A stretch of 64,000 nt of DNA from a bacterium (GCA_030602615.1 JAUVZM010000005.1:5094-69093), one strand, 5' to 3'; shown: positions 10,641-19,349, counted from the stretch's first letter. Numbers and translations: made by a program. Notes: generated by a model not told the origin, from the sequence alone.

Positions 10641-12638
10641 CTATTGCTCTGCGCGGGGTTTGACCCCGTAAAGGGACAGATTCTGTCCCAATGAGGTCCG
10701 CCCTACCATCGTGATCATCCAGCGAGTCACCGTCACCGCGGTAAACAGCGACACACAGATTCCCAAAAACAGCACCACCGCGAAACTCTTAATCAGGCTG
10801 GTACCCAAGAAGTACAGCACTGCTGCCACAATGAGCGTAGTCACATTGGCGTCGAGGATGGCCGTCCAGGCGCGGTTGAATCCCGCCTCGACAGCCGAGC
10901 GCATGGTGCGCCCCGACCACAATTCCTCTTTCAGCCGCTCATAGATGATAACATTGGCATCCACGGCAAACCCAATTGACAGGATCAAGCCGGCTACCCC
11001 CGGCAGCGTCATAGTTGCTCCGACGAAGACCAGCACTGCCAGCAGCAAAAGTACGTACAAGATGAGCGCGACCCCCGCTACCATCCCCGGCAGGCGGTAG
11101 AATCCGATCATAAACAGAATCACAAATCCAAAAGCAATACCACCAGCGATTAGGCTACGGTTGATGGTATCCTGGCCCAGCGTGGCGCTGACGGTGCGAT
11201 TCTCGGCGATCTCCAGAGGCACCGGCAGGGCACCAGCATTCAGCAGCAGGGCGATATCGCCGGCCTCCTGCGCGTCGAAACTACCCTCAATCACACCCCG
11301 GCCCCCCGTGATAGGACTGCGAATGACTGGAGCCATCTGGCACTCCTCATCCAGCACGATGGCCATTATCCTGCCCACGTTGCGACGGGTGAAGTCGCCG
11401 AAAGCGGTTGATTTCTCAGCCCTCAGCTCAAAGGCAACCACAAAGTCCATGGCCTGGCCGGGCTGAGGCCGGGCATTGCTCTTCAGATCAGCGCCGGTGA
11501 AGGCCTGCTCGGAGCTGTGATAGACCTGCTGCCAGGGTACCACGTCATTGCTGGCCTCGTCTATCCACTGGCTGTAGTCACCAGCTTCCGCCGCCCCCCC
11601 AGCGAGGGTGTAGCGCGCAGGAATGAGTCGAAATTCAAGCTGAGCTGTGCTCTGAAGAATACCCAGTACGCGCTGGGGATCCTTGACGCCAGGTAGCTCG
11701 ACGATAATCTGGTCGTCGCCCTGCTGCTGAATGACCGGCTCGCGGATATCGCTCATCGCGTACAGACGCCGGCTTACAATATTCTTGACCTTGTCGGCGG
11801 TATTCTTCCCGATAAAGACAGTCTCTGGGTCCTTCTTTTTAATCTCCACCCCCGGATAGTTGCTCTGCAGGAATTGGTAAACTATCTCCTGATGCTTCTC
11901 GACAGTACTTTTGTCATTTGCTCGCGTCCTTACTACCAGTAGACCGGGTGTCGGCACCTCCACAGTGATCTCATCGGCGGGCACCCCCTTACGCACCAGC
12001 ACGGCCTTGACTTTTTCCCGCAGGCTGGCCCGCGTTTCCCCGGGCTGATAGCCCTGGAGCTGGTTTGACTCGTCCTCCGTGGCGGCCTCCTGGTCAAGCC
12101 TCACCAGCGGCTTGTCCTCAGGTGAAGTAAAATGCATGGTAGCCTGGGACAGACAGCGCAGCACTACGTGAGCTCCCCCCTGCAGATCCAGTCCCAGCTT
12201 AATCTGGGGGCTTGGCGGATAAATAGCCAGATTGTCAAACGGCTGCCACAGGGGTTGCTGGCCCGCTTGTGAGGGTGGTGTTTGCGGCTGGCCAACTCCC
12301 TCAAAGTTCTCCTGCAGAATCTGGGTGACTGCTTGTTTGTCTTTCTGTGCCTCTTCATCGGTAACCGCCGCAGTCTCGACTTCCAGCGTGGAGTTATCAA
12401 GCAGAGTCACCGACATAGTGACCACACCGGCCTCTTCCAGCAGCTTCTGAATCTGCTCGGACTTGGCAAAGCGCTGGGCTGCATCAGAAACCAGCGGCTC
12501 AGCAAACGGGTAGCGGAAGGTGCTCTGTACGGTAAAGCCACCTCCCTCCGGAGATTGGATTGGGGCAAACCCCATCAGGAAACTAACAGCAAACAGAAGA
12601 ATGATTGTTGCAATCCAATATTTGTGCCGAGCTGGCAT
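10641..12638 (-). CDS. secD: Protein translocase subunit SecD
   Basis: LGLDLQGG, IIVELPGV, LLNAGALPVPL, GFAVDANVIIYERLKEE. Confidence 0.96.
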   Translation of the reverse strand: MPARHKYWIATIILLFAVSFLMGFAPIQSPEGGGFTVQSTFRYPFAEPLVSDAAQRFAKSEQIQKLLEEAGVVTMSVTLLDNSTLEVETAAVTDEEAQKDKQAVTQILQENFEGVGQPQTPPSQAGQQPLWQPFDNLAIYPPSPQIKLGLDLQGGAHVVLRCLSQATMHFTSPEDKPLVRLDQEAATEDESNQLQGYQPGETRASLREKVKAVLVRKGVPADEITVEVPTPGLLVVRTRANDKSTVEKHQEIVYQFLQSNYPGVEIKKKDPETVFIGKNTADKVKNIVSRRLYAMSDIREPVIQQQGDDQIIVELPGVKDPQRVLGILQSTAQLEFRLIPARYTLAGGAAEAGDYSQWIDEASNDVVPWQQVYHSSEQAFTGADLKSNARPQPGQAMDFVVAFELRAEKSTAFGDFTRRNVGRIMAIVLDEECQMAPVIRSPITGGRGVIEGSFDAQEAGDIALLLNAGALPVPLEIAENRTVSATLGQDTINRSLIAGGIAFGFVILFMIGFYRLPGMVAGVALILYVLLLLAVLVFVGATMTLPGVAGLILSIGFAVDANVIIYERLKEELWSGRTMRSAVEAGFNRAWTAILDANVTTLIVAAVLYFLGTSLIKSFAVVLFLGICVSLFTAVTVTRWMITMVGRTSLGQNLSLYGVKPRAEQ

Positions 12639-12822
12639 CCTTGCCTCTCCTTTGGTATGCCGAAAACAGTCGCAGGCAGTACATTCAATACGTAACCCGC
12701 CAGTCTATGATGTAACCGAGGCCGGGATAGTAAACCCGGCCCCGGCCAACTAAACCAGCCAGGATTGTGACATCCAAGCCGCACCACCGGCAGCGGCCAA
12801 AGACTGAACAATAGGCGGGAGC

Positions 12823-12851
12823 ATTATAAGTCTGTGCGGTCAAACTGTCAA
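12823..12851 (-). promoter_or_regulatory. Sigma70 promoter of the secDF operon
   Basis: Perfect TTGACA-17 nt-TATAAT on the minus strand. Confidence 0.85.
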
Positions 12852-12872
12852 GCGCACCGCCGGCCAACTGAC

Positions 12873-12901
12873 TTGACAAACCCGGCGATTGCAGCTACTC
12901 T
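12873..12901 (+). promoter_or_regulatory. Sigma70 promoter of the USP gene (divergent from secD)
   Basis: TTGACA-17 nt-TACTCT. Confidence 0.65.
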
Positions 12902-13001
12902 CTTATGACGCGTAGGAGCTGGCCCACACGAGCAGACCCGGTCATCGCAAGCCAGAGGGCCTCAGCCCCAAACTTCAAAGTGACACATCAGGAGACCGCC
13001 T

Positions 13002-13829
13002 GTGCCTGAGTATACTGTGGCAGTGGCGCTGTCCAACCCCGCCAACGTTCCCAAACTTATTCACATTGCCGCACTGATAGCCACAGAACACAGTGGTGGG
13101 CTTGTGGTCACCAGCGTAGTGCCTGCTCCCGATGAAGAGGGGCTGACCGCTGACGCTGATCCCGATGCTTTTGACAAGGCTCAGAGCCTGGTTCAGCGCG
13201 GCTACGAGGCAGCCCTGACTCGCGGCATTCAGTGCGACAGGCGCGTGGCCGTCGGCCAGCATATCCATGAAGGTATTATTAATGTTGCCGAAGGCCACCA
13301 GGCCAACCTGCTGGTGATGGGAATGTCGGAGTCTCTCCATCCCCTACTGGAGGCATCCGACATAGAGTTTGATCGCGTAGTTGACGCAGTATCGGCTCAT
13401 GCGCCGTGCAATGTACTGGTAGCCAAGTTTCGTGACGGCACGCATTTCGATAGCGCTCTGGTCTGGGTATCGGACCATATTGATTTCAGGATGGCTGAAC
13501 AAGTCATCGTCCCGCTACATCGCCAGGCCGGAGTTGAGATCGAGTTTGTAAATTTCGCGGCCTCTCAGCAGCAAGTCGGGCAGGCCCGCACACAAGTCAA
13601 CCAGAGGTTGGAAGAGGCCGGGCTCACTGGCTATGGTCACCTCACAGTCCAGGTCGGTGAAGAGACCGCTGATGCCATCATCGAGGCCAGCAAGACCTAT
13701 GACCTGATTCTTCTCGGGACTCCCCCATTGCACCAGCTTGAACGCCGGTTGCTGGGATCGGTCGCTGAGCAGGTGGTGCACAACGCCTATTGCACCACTT
13801 TGGTGATGCGGCCTGCTGAGAAGGGTTGA
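13002..13829 (+). CDS. Universal stress protein, tandem USP domains
   Basis: ANLLVMG...HAPCNVLV and DLILLG...LLGSVAEQVVHNAYCTTLVMR. Confidence 0.88.
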   Translation: MPEYTVAVALSNPANVPKLIHIAALIATEHSGGLVVTSVVPAPDEEGLTADADPDAFDKAQSLVQRGYEAALTRGIQCDRRVAVGQHIHEGIINVAEGHQANLLVMGMSESLHPLLEASDIEFDRVVDAVSAHAPCNVLVAKFRDGTHFDSALVWVSDHIDFRMAEQVIVPLHRQAGVEIEFVNFAASQQQVGQARTQVNQRLEEAGLTGYGHLTVQVGEETADAIIEASKTYDLILLGTPPLHQLERRLLGSVAEQVVHNAYCTTLVMRPAEKG

Positions 13830-13922
13830 GGGCGGCGACTCGAGTAATTTGCAGAATTCTGAGTTAGCGGGGAGGAGAGCGGAGGGCAAACGGAGAACTA
13901 GTAGAGGAAACACAGGTAGGAG

Positions 13923-14537
13923 GTGCAGGTGAGCAACGAGTTTGATGACCTGAATCTGGATATAGATCAGCCGGAGCCAGCCCCAAGGAGCCGTCGTCGG
14001 GCTGTGTCCAGCCCACTGTACATGCTGGTGGCGGTACTTCTTGCCGGAGCCTGCGCTTATCTGGTGTGGCTGCATGGTGAGAACCGCGTGCTCATACAGC
14101 TTCTCCAAGAGCAACAGCAACGAGCCCGAGACCAGTATGAGAAGTTGAGGGGCCCCAGCAAAGAGGTCAGAGAAGCCCTCACTGAACTGGCCGACCACGC
14201 TGCCTCCGAGACGACACTGCATCATAGTCTGGGAAATCGCAAACAGGCGTTGGCGGACCTGGACCGCGCCCAGAAGCTGCTCCAGCTAGCCGACGATCTG
14301 AAAACGTGCAACTGTCCGTCCGAAACTGCATCTATCCAGGCAGTGCAGAATAAGCTCGACAAGCTCATGGCAGACCTGCAACCCACTGAGCAAGAACTGT
14401 CAGAACTTGTGCCCACAGAAGGGGCCAGTAGCGAGCAAGCCGACGCAACGTCGGCAGAAGCAAAGACGCCCCAACCTCAGCCGGAACAGCCCAGCAAATC
14501 CGGCGAGCAACACTCTGTAGATGAGCCCGATGCCTAA
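13923..14537 (+). CDS. Hypothetical single-pass membrane protein with coiled coil
   Basis: Strong RBS AGGAG before GTG, one TM helix, helical region and acidic tail. Confidence 0.65.
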   Translation: MQVSNEFDDLNLDIDQPEPAPRSRRRAVSSPLYMLVAVLLAGACAYLVWLHGENRVLIQLLQEQQQRARDQYEKLRGPSKEVREALTELADHAASETTLHHSLGNRKQALADLDRAQKLLQLADDLKTCNCPSETASIQAVQNKLDKLMADLQPTEQELSELVPTEGASSEQADATSAEAKTPQPQPEQPSKSGEQHSVDEPDA

Positions 14538-14761
14538 TATGTGCCTGATAGCAGTTGTAGTGACGCTCCTGGTTAGTGCTGTCGTTGTTTCGGCGGGAAC
14601 CGTCAATGATGGGCTACAGCGGATTGCTGATGGTTCCGACCACTGACACCCTGAGCGACGGGGGCTACAATGTCGCGATAAGTAGCAGTGAATTGAGCGA
14701 CTGGGATGACCGCGCTTACATTGCCAACTTCGGCCTGCAGTGGCAGATGATCTTCGAGTAG
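14530..14761 (+). pseudogene. Frameshifted, truncated YjbH-like outer-membrane gene fused to the 3' end of an SLH-porin paralog
   Basis: The signal peptide (MPNMCLIAVVVTLLVSAVVVSA) and EPSMMGYSGLLMVPTTDTL lie in different frames. The last 32 nt match 16579-16610 at 30/32. Confidence 0.65.
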
Positions 14762-14833
14762 CTGGCCATTGCTGTTGCCTGCTACCTCCTAACGGAGGAT
14801 AGCAGCACCTTAGTTGGCCAAGAGCAACTAAGC

Positions 14834-14873
14834 ACAACGGGGACTCGGGCAACCGAGTTCCCGTTGTTCATTT
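14834..14873 (+). terminator. Intrinsic terminator-like hairpin (last of three)
   Basis: ACAACGGGGACTCGG-GCAA-CCGAGTTCCCGTTGT followed by TCATTT. Confidence 0.7.
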
Positions 14874-14903
14874 ACGAGTCCTGTCCAGTGCTACACCACA
14901 AGG

Positions 14904-14932
14904 TTGACAGAAAGGGGAAACTATGATATAGT
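14904..14932 (+). promoter_or_regulatory. Strong sigma70 promoter of the SLH porin gene
   Basis: TTGACA-17 nt-TATAGT with extended -10 TG. Confidence 0.85.
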
Positions 14933-14939
14933 GTTTAGT

Positions 14940-15221
14940 GTTCGTCGTGACATGATGCATTGCGCGGCGATCCTCTGAGCACTCAATCGCACTGCCTGTC
15001 CAAACTGGCCAGGAAGGGAGGGTACCTCAAGGCCTGACCGGTAGTTGGTCAGCGGTTGAGAAGCCAAGCGAGTTGTACGCCGACAAGGGGCAATAGTGCG
15101 AGGAAACATAGGACACTCACCGGATCGTCCCAGTCGGACTGTGGGCTTGCTTGGATGAAGTGAAGACGTGTTGTCATCACTTCCTTGGAGTCTTCATAAT
15201 ATGAAAGAGAGGATAAGATAA
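14940..15221 (+). ncRNA. Candidate structured 5' leader RNA (unassigned)
   Basis: Nested helices: CGATCC/GGATCG, TCGCACT/AGTGCGA, TGTC/GACA, CTCAA/TTGAG, CTGACC/GGTCAG. Confidence 0.5.
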
Positions 15222-16610
15222 ATGACCAAGCACAGAGTACTGTTGTGTTTAGTTGTTGTAGTGCTCGCAGCCCCAGCTTATGCTGGAGGTGACCCCGTTG
15301 GAACGGTCCCCCCTGATCACTGGGCCTACGACGCTGTCAAGGAGCTGGTGGACGCGGGAATACTGATCGGTTATCCCGACGGGGCCATTCGTGGCAATCA
15401 GCCCATGACTCGGTACGAGTTCGCGATGGCCATCAGCCGCCTGATGGCTGCCCTCGAAATGACGGGTGTCGCTGGTCCCCAGGGCCCCGCCGGCCGGCAC
15501 GGTGCCACTGGCCCAGCAGGTCCGGCTGGTGCCCATGGCCCGGCATCGGCAGCGCCACCTGCTACAGTGGTAGCAGCCGCGCCCGCAGGTGCCACCGCGG
15601 CAGCTCCTGCCGCCAGCGATAAGTGGTACGACCGGATGTCGGTTGACGGGTACTTGCAAACGCGCTATGAGGACCGGGATATGGGTTCTTCTTCTGGCCC
15701 CAGCGCTGCGAACATGGGCAGCGATGGTGAGCATGACGGGTTTTACCTGCCGCGTTTGCATGTCAGCCTGCGGGCCGATGTCAACGAGCGAACCAAGGCC
15801 GTAGTGACCTGGTCACGTCTGGGCAGTACGAGCTCGCGGCCGCAGTGGACCACTGACTGGACGGACATCTACCTGGACTACGCTTATAGCGACAAGTGGA
15901 CAGTCCGCCTCGGCCAGGCGCCCAACTGGTTTGGGCTGGAGGGCGCGCAAGACTCTTCGGACCGCATGTCCCTGGAGCGAGCTGCCTTCCTGACTCGTAT
16001 CCCCGAAACTGGCGGGCCGGGCTGGAAGGACGGAGTGTACCACGCAGGTCGGTGGGACCGCGGCGTGTGGTTCGTCCGCCATCGCAAGAGCACCGGCGGG
16101 CCTCAGATCATACTGGGCCTAACTAACGGTAGCTTCCGGGATGTGGAGGGCAATAGCAACAAGACCCTATCGGCAGATCTGAAGTGGAAGCGGCCCTGGG
16201 GGCAGTACGGGGTTAGTTGGCTGGATGGCAAGACCAGTTATTCTCCGGACAGGGACCGCAACGCGCTGCTGGGGTATGTGCGCTGGGCGCGACCTGACCA
16301 GCGTTGGGCGGCACAGGCCGAGTATATGGACGGCAAGCTGCACGGCGACAACGTCGACGGCTGGTATGGCCAGTTCGAGTATCGGTTGACGAAGAATCCG
16401 ACGTGGGCCTTCGTCAAGTTGGAGGAGTTTAACCCCACGGACGATGCCAAGTACGATGCTGTGCACCTCGGTCTGACCAAGCAGCTAGACGCGAACAACG
16501 AACTCACCCTGCAGTGGACCGATGCCGATTGCGATTACAGGCGTAGAGGCAGTGATAGGACCCGCAAGAAGGACCTAATCGGCCTGCAGTGGCAGATGAT
16601 GTTCGACTAG
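15222..16610 (+). CDS. SLH-domain outer-membrane beta-barrel (OmpM/SlpA-like tether) with collagen-like stalk
   Basis: Signal peptide; SLH motif VPPDHWAYDAV...GYPDG...MTRYEFA; Gly-X-Y run; aromatic-rich barrel ending QWQMMFD. Confidence 0.85.
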   Translation: MTKHRVLLCLVVVVLAAPAYAGGDPVGTVPPDHWAYDAVKELVDAGILIGYPDGAIRGNQPMTRYEFAMAISRLMAALEMTGVAGPQGPAGRHGATGPAGPAGAHGPASAAPPATVVAAAPAGATAAAPAASDKWYDRMSVDGYLQTRYEDRDMGSSSGPSAANMGSDGEHDGFYLPRLHVSLRADVNERTKAVVTWSRLGSTSSRPQWTTDWTDIYLDYAYSDKWTVRLGQAPNWFGLEGAQDSSDRMSLERAAFLTRIPETGGPGWKDGVYHAGRWDRGVWFVRHRKSTGGPQIILGLTNGSFRDVEGNSNKTLSADLKWKRPWGQYGVSWLDGKTSYSPDRDRNALLGYVRWARPDQRWAAQAEYMDGKLHGDNVDGWYGQFEYRLTKNPTWAFVKLEEFNPTDDAKYDAVHLGLTKQLDANNELTLQWTDADCDYRRRGSDRTRKKDLIGLQWQMMFD

Positions 16611-16666
16611 CCGAGAGACGGACGCTTGGGTTGATTCAATCAGCACAAGCAATAGACACCTACCGG

Positions 16667-16698
16667 GCCGGTGGCCCTCCACAGGGCCACCGGCTCGT
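16667..16698 (+). terminator. Hairpin terminator after the SLH porin
   Basis: GCCGGTGGCCCT-CCAC-AGGGCCACCGGC (12-bp stem), weak U tract. Confidence 0.6.
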
Positions 16699-16930
16699 TG
16701 GTGCAAGCCATGAGACTCCCGCAGTCAGCACTACAGTGACCTACGACGGCCAGACCGCGGAGCTATCTTCGGTACCGTACCTGCTGGCTGGGGGAACTGC
16801 GATGATGCGGTGGGACGCATCTCTTTCGGGAAGTAGGCGATTACTTCAGTAGTTGCGCACCAAGCACAAACTATCCATGCTCCAGCGCACGCTGGAGCAT
16901 GGGTTTCTCCAGGACCCTGGCAGCTACTGC

Positions 16931-17401
16931 CTACTCCTCTATGTCTACCTCAATGACAGACGCGTTCTCCTGCGCCGACAGCTCGTGCTTCGGCCTCTCC
17001 CGGTTTTCGTAACGCACGGTGATAAAGTGTATCAGAAGTAGCGCCAGTCCAACGGCGGCCAGGATGACAGATAGGCCCGCACTCTCGGACTGTGGCCCTC
17101 CGAAAGGCGCGATGGCGAATGCCCCGGCAACGAACAACAGCACGATGCCCGCCTTGAGGTTGCGCAGCCGACCTCTACCCAGAGCGAACAGACCGCCTGC
17201 GATTCGTGCCGCGGGCCTTTCGGGCAGTTCCAGCGGTGGCAGGTCGGTCACCCCTTTTTCAATCAGCAGTTTGCGCTCTTCCAGAATAAGCTGCAACTGA
17301 CGGTGATGGAGCCACCTTGAGTAAGCAGCCATCCCAAAAACGGCCAGAACCGGAATGCCAACGACAATCACTAATACGCCCATGACAGCTATTCCTTCCA
17401 T
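16931..17401 (-). CDS. Small membrane protein, DUF6249-like
   Basis: TM, EERKLLIEKG, two more TMs. RBS AGGAGG. Divergent from the ECF operon. Confidence 0.65.
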   Translation of the reverse strand: MEGIAVMGVLVIVVGIPVLAVFGMAAYSRWLHHRQLQLILEERKLLIEKGVTDLPPLELPERPAARIAGGLFALGRGRLRNLKAGIVLLFVAGAFAIAPFGGPQSESAGLSVILAAVGLALLLIHFITVRYENRERPKHELSAQENASVIEVDIEE

Positions 17402-17452
17402 TGAGTCCTGCCTCCTATCTTACGCAGTGGTCGTGTCTTTTCGTTCGATAGC

Positions 17453-17483
17453 TTAGATGCCACCCTCCGGATCAAAGGTTGCA
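17453..17483 (-). promoter_or_regulatory. ECF sigma-type promoter (leftward)
   Basis: TGCAACC-N15-GGCATCTAA on the minus strand. Confidence 0.75.
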
Positions 17484-17513
17484 GTCAGCGGCGCGAAGAA
17501 GTATCATAGCGAG

Positions 17514-17544
17514 TGCAACCAAATCACGCTCGTGCGGCATCTAA
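17514..17544 (+). promoter_or_regulatory. ECF sigma-type promoter (rightward, autoregulatory)
   Basis: Identical TGCAACC-N15-GGCATCTAA on the plus strand. Confidence 0.75.
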
Positions 17545-17572
17545 TCCACAAACAGTCAGGGAGATGACAACC

Positions 17573-18238
17573 ATGAATAGTAAGTTGACCGCAGCCGTGG
17601 TAATAATGCTGGTGGTGCTGCCGCTATGTGTCGTGGTAGCCGCCCCGGGCAGCGAGGCGCACGCCGGGGGGGCAGTTGCCCAGGCTCTTAAGCTCGAGAA
17701 GCCGGAGGACCTCGCGACTGTGAAGGGCCTGTCTTACCCGGGCTTCGCCTGTCCCATAATGGTGGAGCTGGACGCTGGTATGTTGAGTATGCTGACGCCA
17801 CTGCTGGAGCAACTGCTCCAGGGCAAGGAAAGTATGCCGGAGCCTCTCGGCAACCTGGGCAAGATGCTGGAGAAGATGACGCCAGAAGCCCGGCAGGTGC
17901 TGAGGCAGGTGCTGCTGAGGGAAGTGCTGGGCAACCTCAAAGGGGTAGCTCTGGCGATCCAGGCGCCCCGTAGCGGCGAGGTCAACGTGTCCAAGGTGAG
18001 CAGCTTCTATCTGCAGCGGGCAACGGCCGCGGGCTGGAAGCAATGCCTGGGTATCGGCCAGGGGGATGGGTCAATTGCGCTATTCCAACTGCCCACTCCC
18101 ATCTCCGCAGACGGCAGTCCGGAGCCGCCGCGTGGCCTGGTCCTGGTCGTGGCAGCCCCCCAGCAGGTCATCGCCGTCGGCCTGTTGGGCCAGTTGGACC
18201 TCGGCAAGCTGCTGCCGCTGCTAGCAATGCTAGGGTAG
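17573..18238 (+). CDS. Secreted hypothetical protein (DUF4252-like) in the ECF operon
   Basis: Signal peptide. Ends VGLLGQLDLGKL, which resembles the DUF4252 C-terminus. The start could be 17564. Confidence 0.6.
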   Translation: MNSKLTAAVVIMLVVLPLCVVVAAPGSEAHAGGAVAQALKLEKPEDLATVKGLSYPGFACPIMVELDAGMLSMLTPLLEQLLQGKESMPEPLGNLGKMLEKMTPEARQVLRQVLLREVLGNLKGVALAIQAPRSGEVNVSKVSSFYLQRATAAGWKQCLGIGQGDGSIALFQLPTPISADGSPEPPRGLVLVVAAPQQVIAVGLLGQLDLGKLLPLLAMLG

Positions 18239-18248
18239 ATGGCTCGCA

Positions 18249-18842
18249 ATGGCAATGGATCTCGTCTTTGCTAATCGGCTACTGGCCAGCTTCACTGACC
18301 AGGCGATCACCATCAGTGAAACGGCGCTGGTGGCACTCGCCCGGCAGGGCGACCATCACGCCTTCGAAGTCCTGGTGCGGCAGTACAGGAACCGTGTGTT
18401 GAACGTGGTCTGGCGCATCGTCTCCGATGCCGACGGCGCCCAGGACGTGGCGCAGGAGACATTCATCAAGGCGTACCAGCAACTCCCTCGCTTCCGGGGG
18501 AAGTCCACGTTCGGCACGTGGCTGTACCGCATAGCGGTCAACGAGGCACGCGGGCACCTCCGCGCACGGCGCCGACGGCAGGCCCGCTGGGAAAAGCAAG
18601 GAATGCTGGAAGCAGTTCAGCCGGTGTCTCCCGAGGTTGGCGAACAGGCTGGGCCAATCGTGGGTCTACTGCAGGAACTGCCGGAAAAGCAGCGCATCGC
18701 GCTGGCCCTGTTCTATCTGCAGGAACTGTCCGTGGCCGAGATTGCCCGGGCAGTGCGCGCGCCGACCGGGACGGTTAAGGCGTGGCTGTCTCGCGGTCGG
18801 CAGCGACTGCGAGAACTCGCCCAGGAAAGAGGGCTTCTGTGA
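18249..18842 (+). CDS. ECF RNA polymerase sigma-70 factor
   Basis: AQDVAQETFIKAY, FGTWLYRIAVN, EIARAVRAPTGTVKAWLSRGR. Confidence 0.93.
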   Translation: MAMDLVFANRLLASFTDQAITISETALVALARQGDHHAFEVLVRQYRNRVLNVVWRIVSDADGAQDVAQETFIKAYQQLPRFRGKSTFGTWLYRIAVNEARGHLRARRRRQARWEKQGMLEAVQPVSPEVGEQAGPIVGLLQELPEKQRIALALFYLQELSVAEIARAVRAPTGTVKAWLSRGRQRLRELAQERGLL

Positions 18843-19312
18843 ACTGCCGGCAGGCGCACGCACAACTGGCTGGCTACAGTGCAGGCTTCACCCGGGGCGA
18901 GCGCCGCACGCGCTTGCAGGCACATCTGGCCGTCTGTCAGCCGTGCCGGGAGCACCTGGCGCAACTGCGCGCGCTGGATCAGCTCCTGGCTGGTGAATCG
19001 CTGAGTGCGGACGAAGCGCTGGTGCACAGAATTATGGCACAGGTGCAGGAGGCCGAGATTCTCTGCAAGTGGCGGCGGCGATGGCTGCTGGACAGCCTGG
19101 GGCCAATAGCGGCGGCGGTCAGCCTGGGGGCAGCCACGATACTGATTATCCAGCCGTACGCTGCCGAGTGGACCGCAGCACTGAGCACGTGGCAACTGGA
19201 CTGGGAGCTGCTGGCGCAGCCGCAGTGGGCGCTGGGAGCAGTCGTGGGATTGCCTTTGGTAGCGGGGACAGTGGCCTGGCTGACTAATTGGCTCGCCGAA
19301 GCGTTGACCTGA
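18839..19312 (+). CDS. zf-HC2 (ZAS) membrane anti-sigma factor
   Basis: GTG overlaps the sigma stop. C...HLAVCQPC motif and two TM helices. Confidence 0.88.
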   Translation: MNCRQAHAQLAGYSAGFTRGERRTRLQAHLAVCQPCREHLAQLRALDQLLAGESLSADEALVHRIMAQVQEAEILCKWRRRWLLDSLGPIAAAVSLGAATILIIQPYAAEWTAALSTWQLDWELLAQPQWALGAVVGLPLVAGTVAWLTNWLAEALT

Positions 19313-19349
19313 CCCAGAACATTCGTGAGTCGCGACAGGAATGTCGCTC

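Noticed and set aside
15005..15025. SRP RNA helix 8 resemblance (GGCCAGGAAGGGAG)
   Set aside because: Lacks the conserved CAGG...AGCAG internal loop
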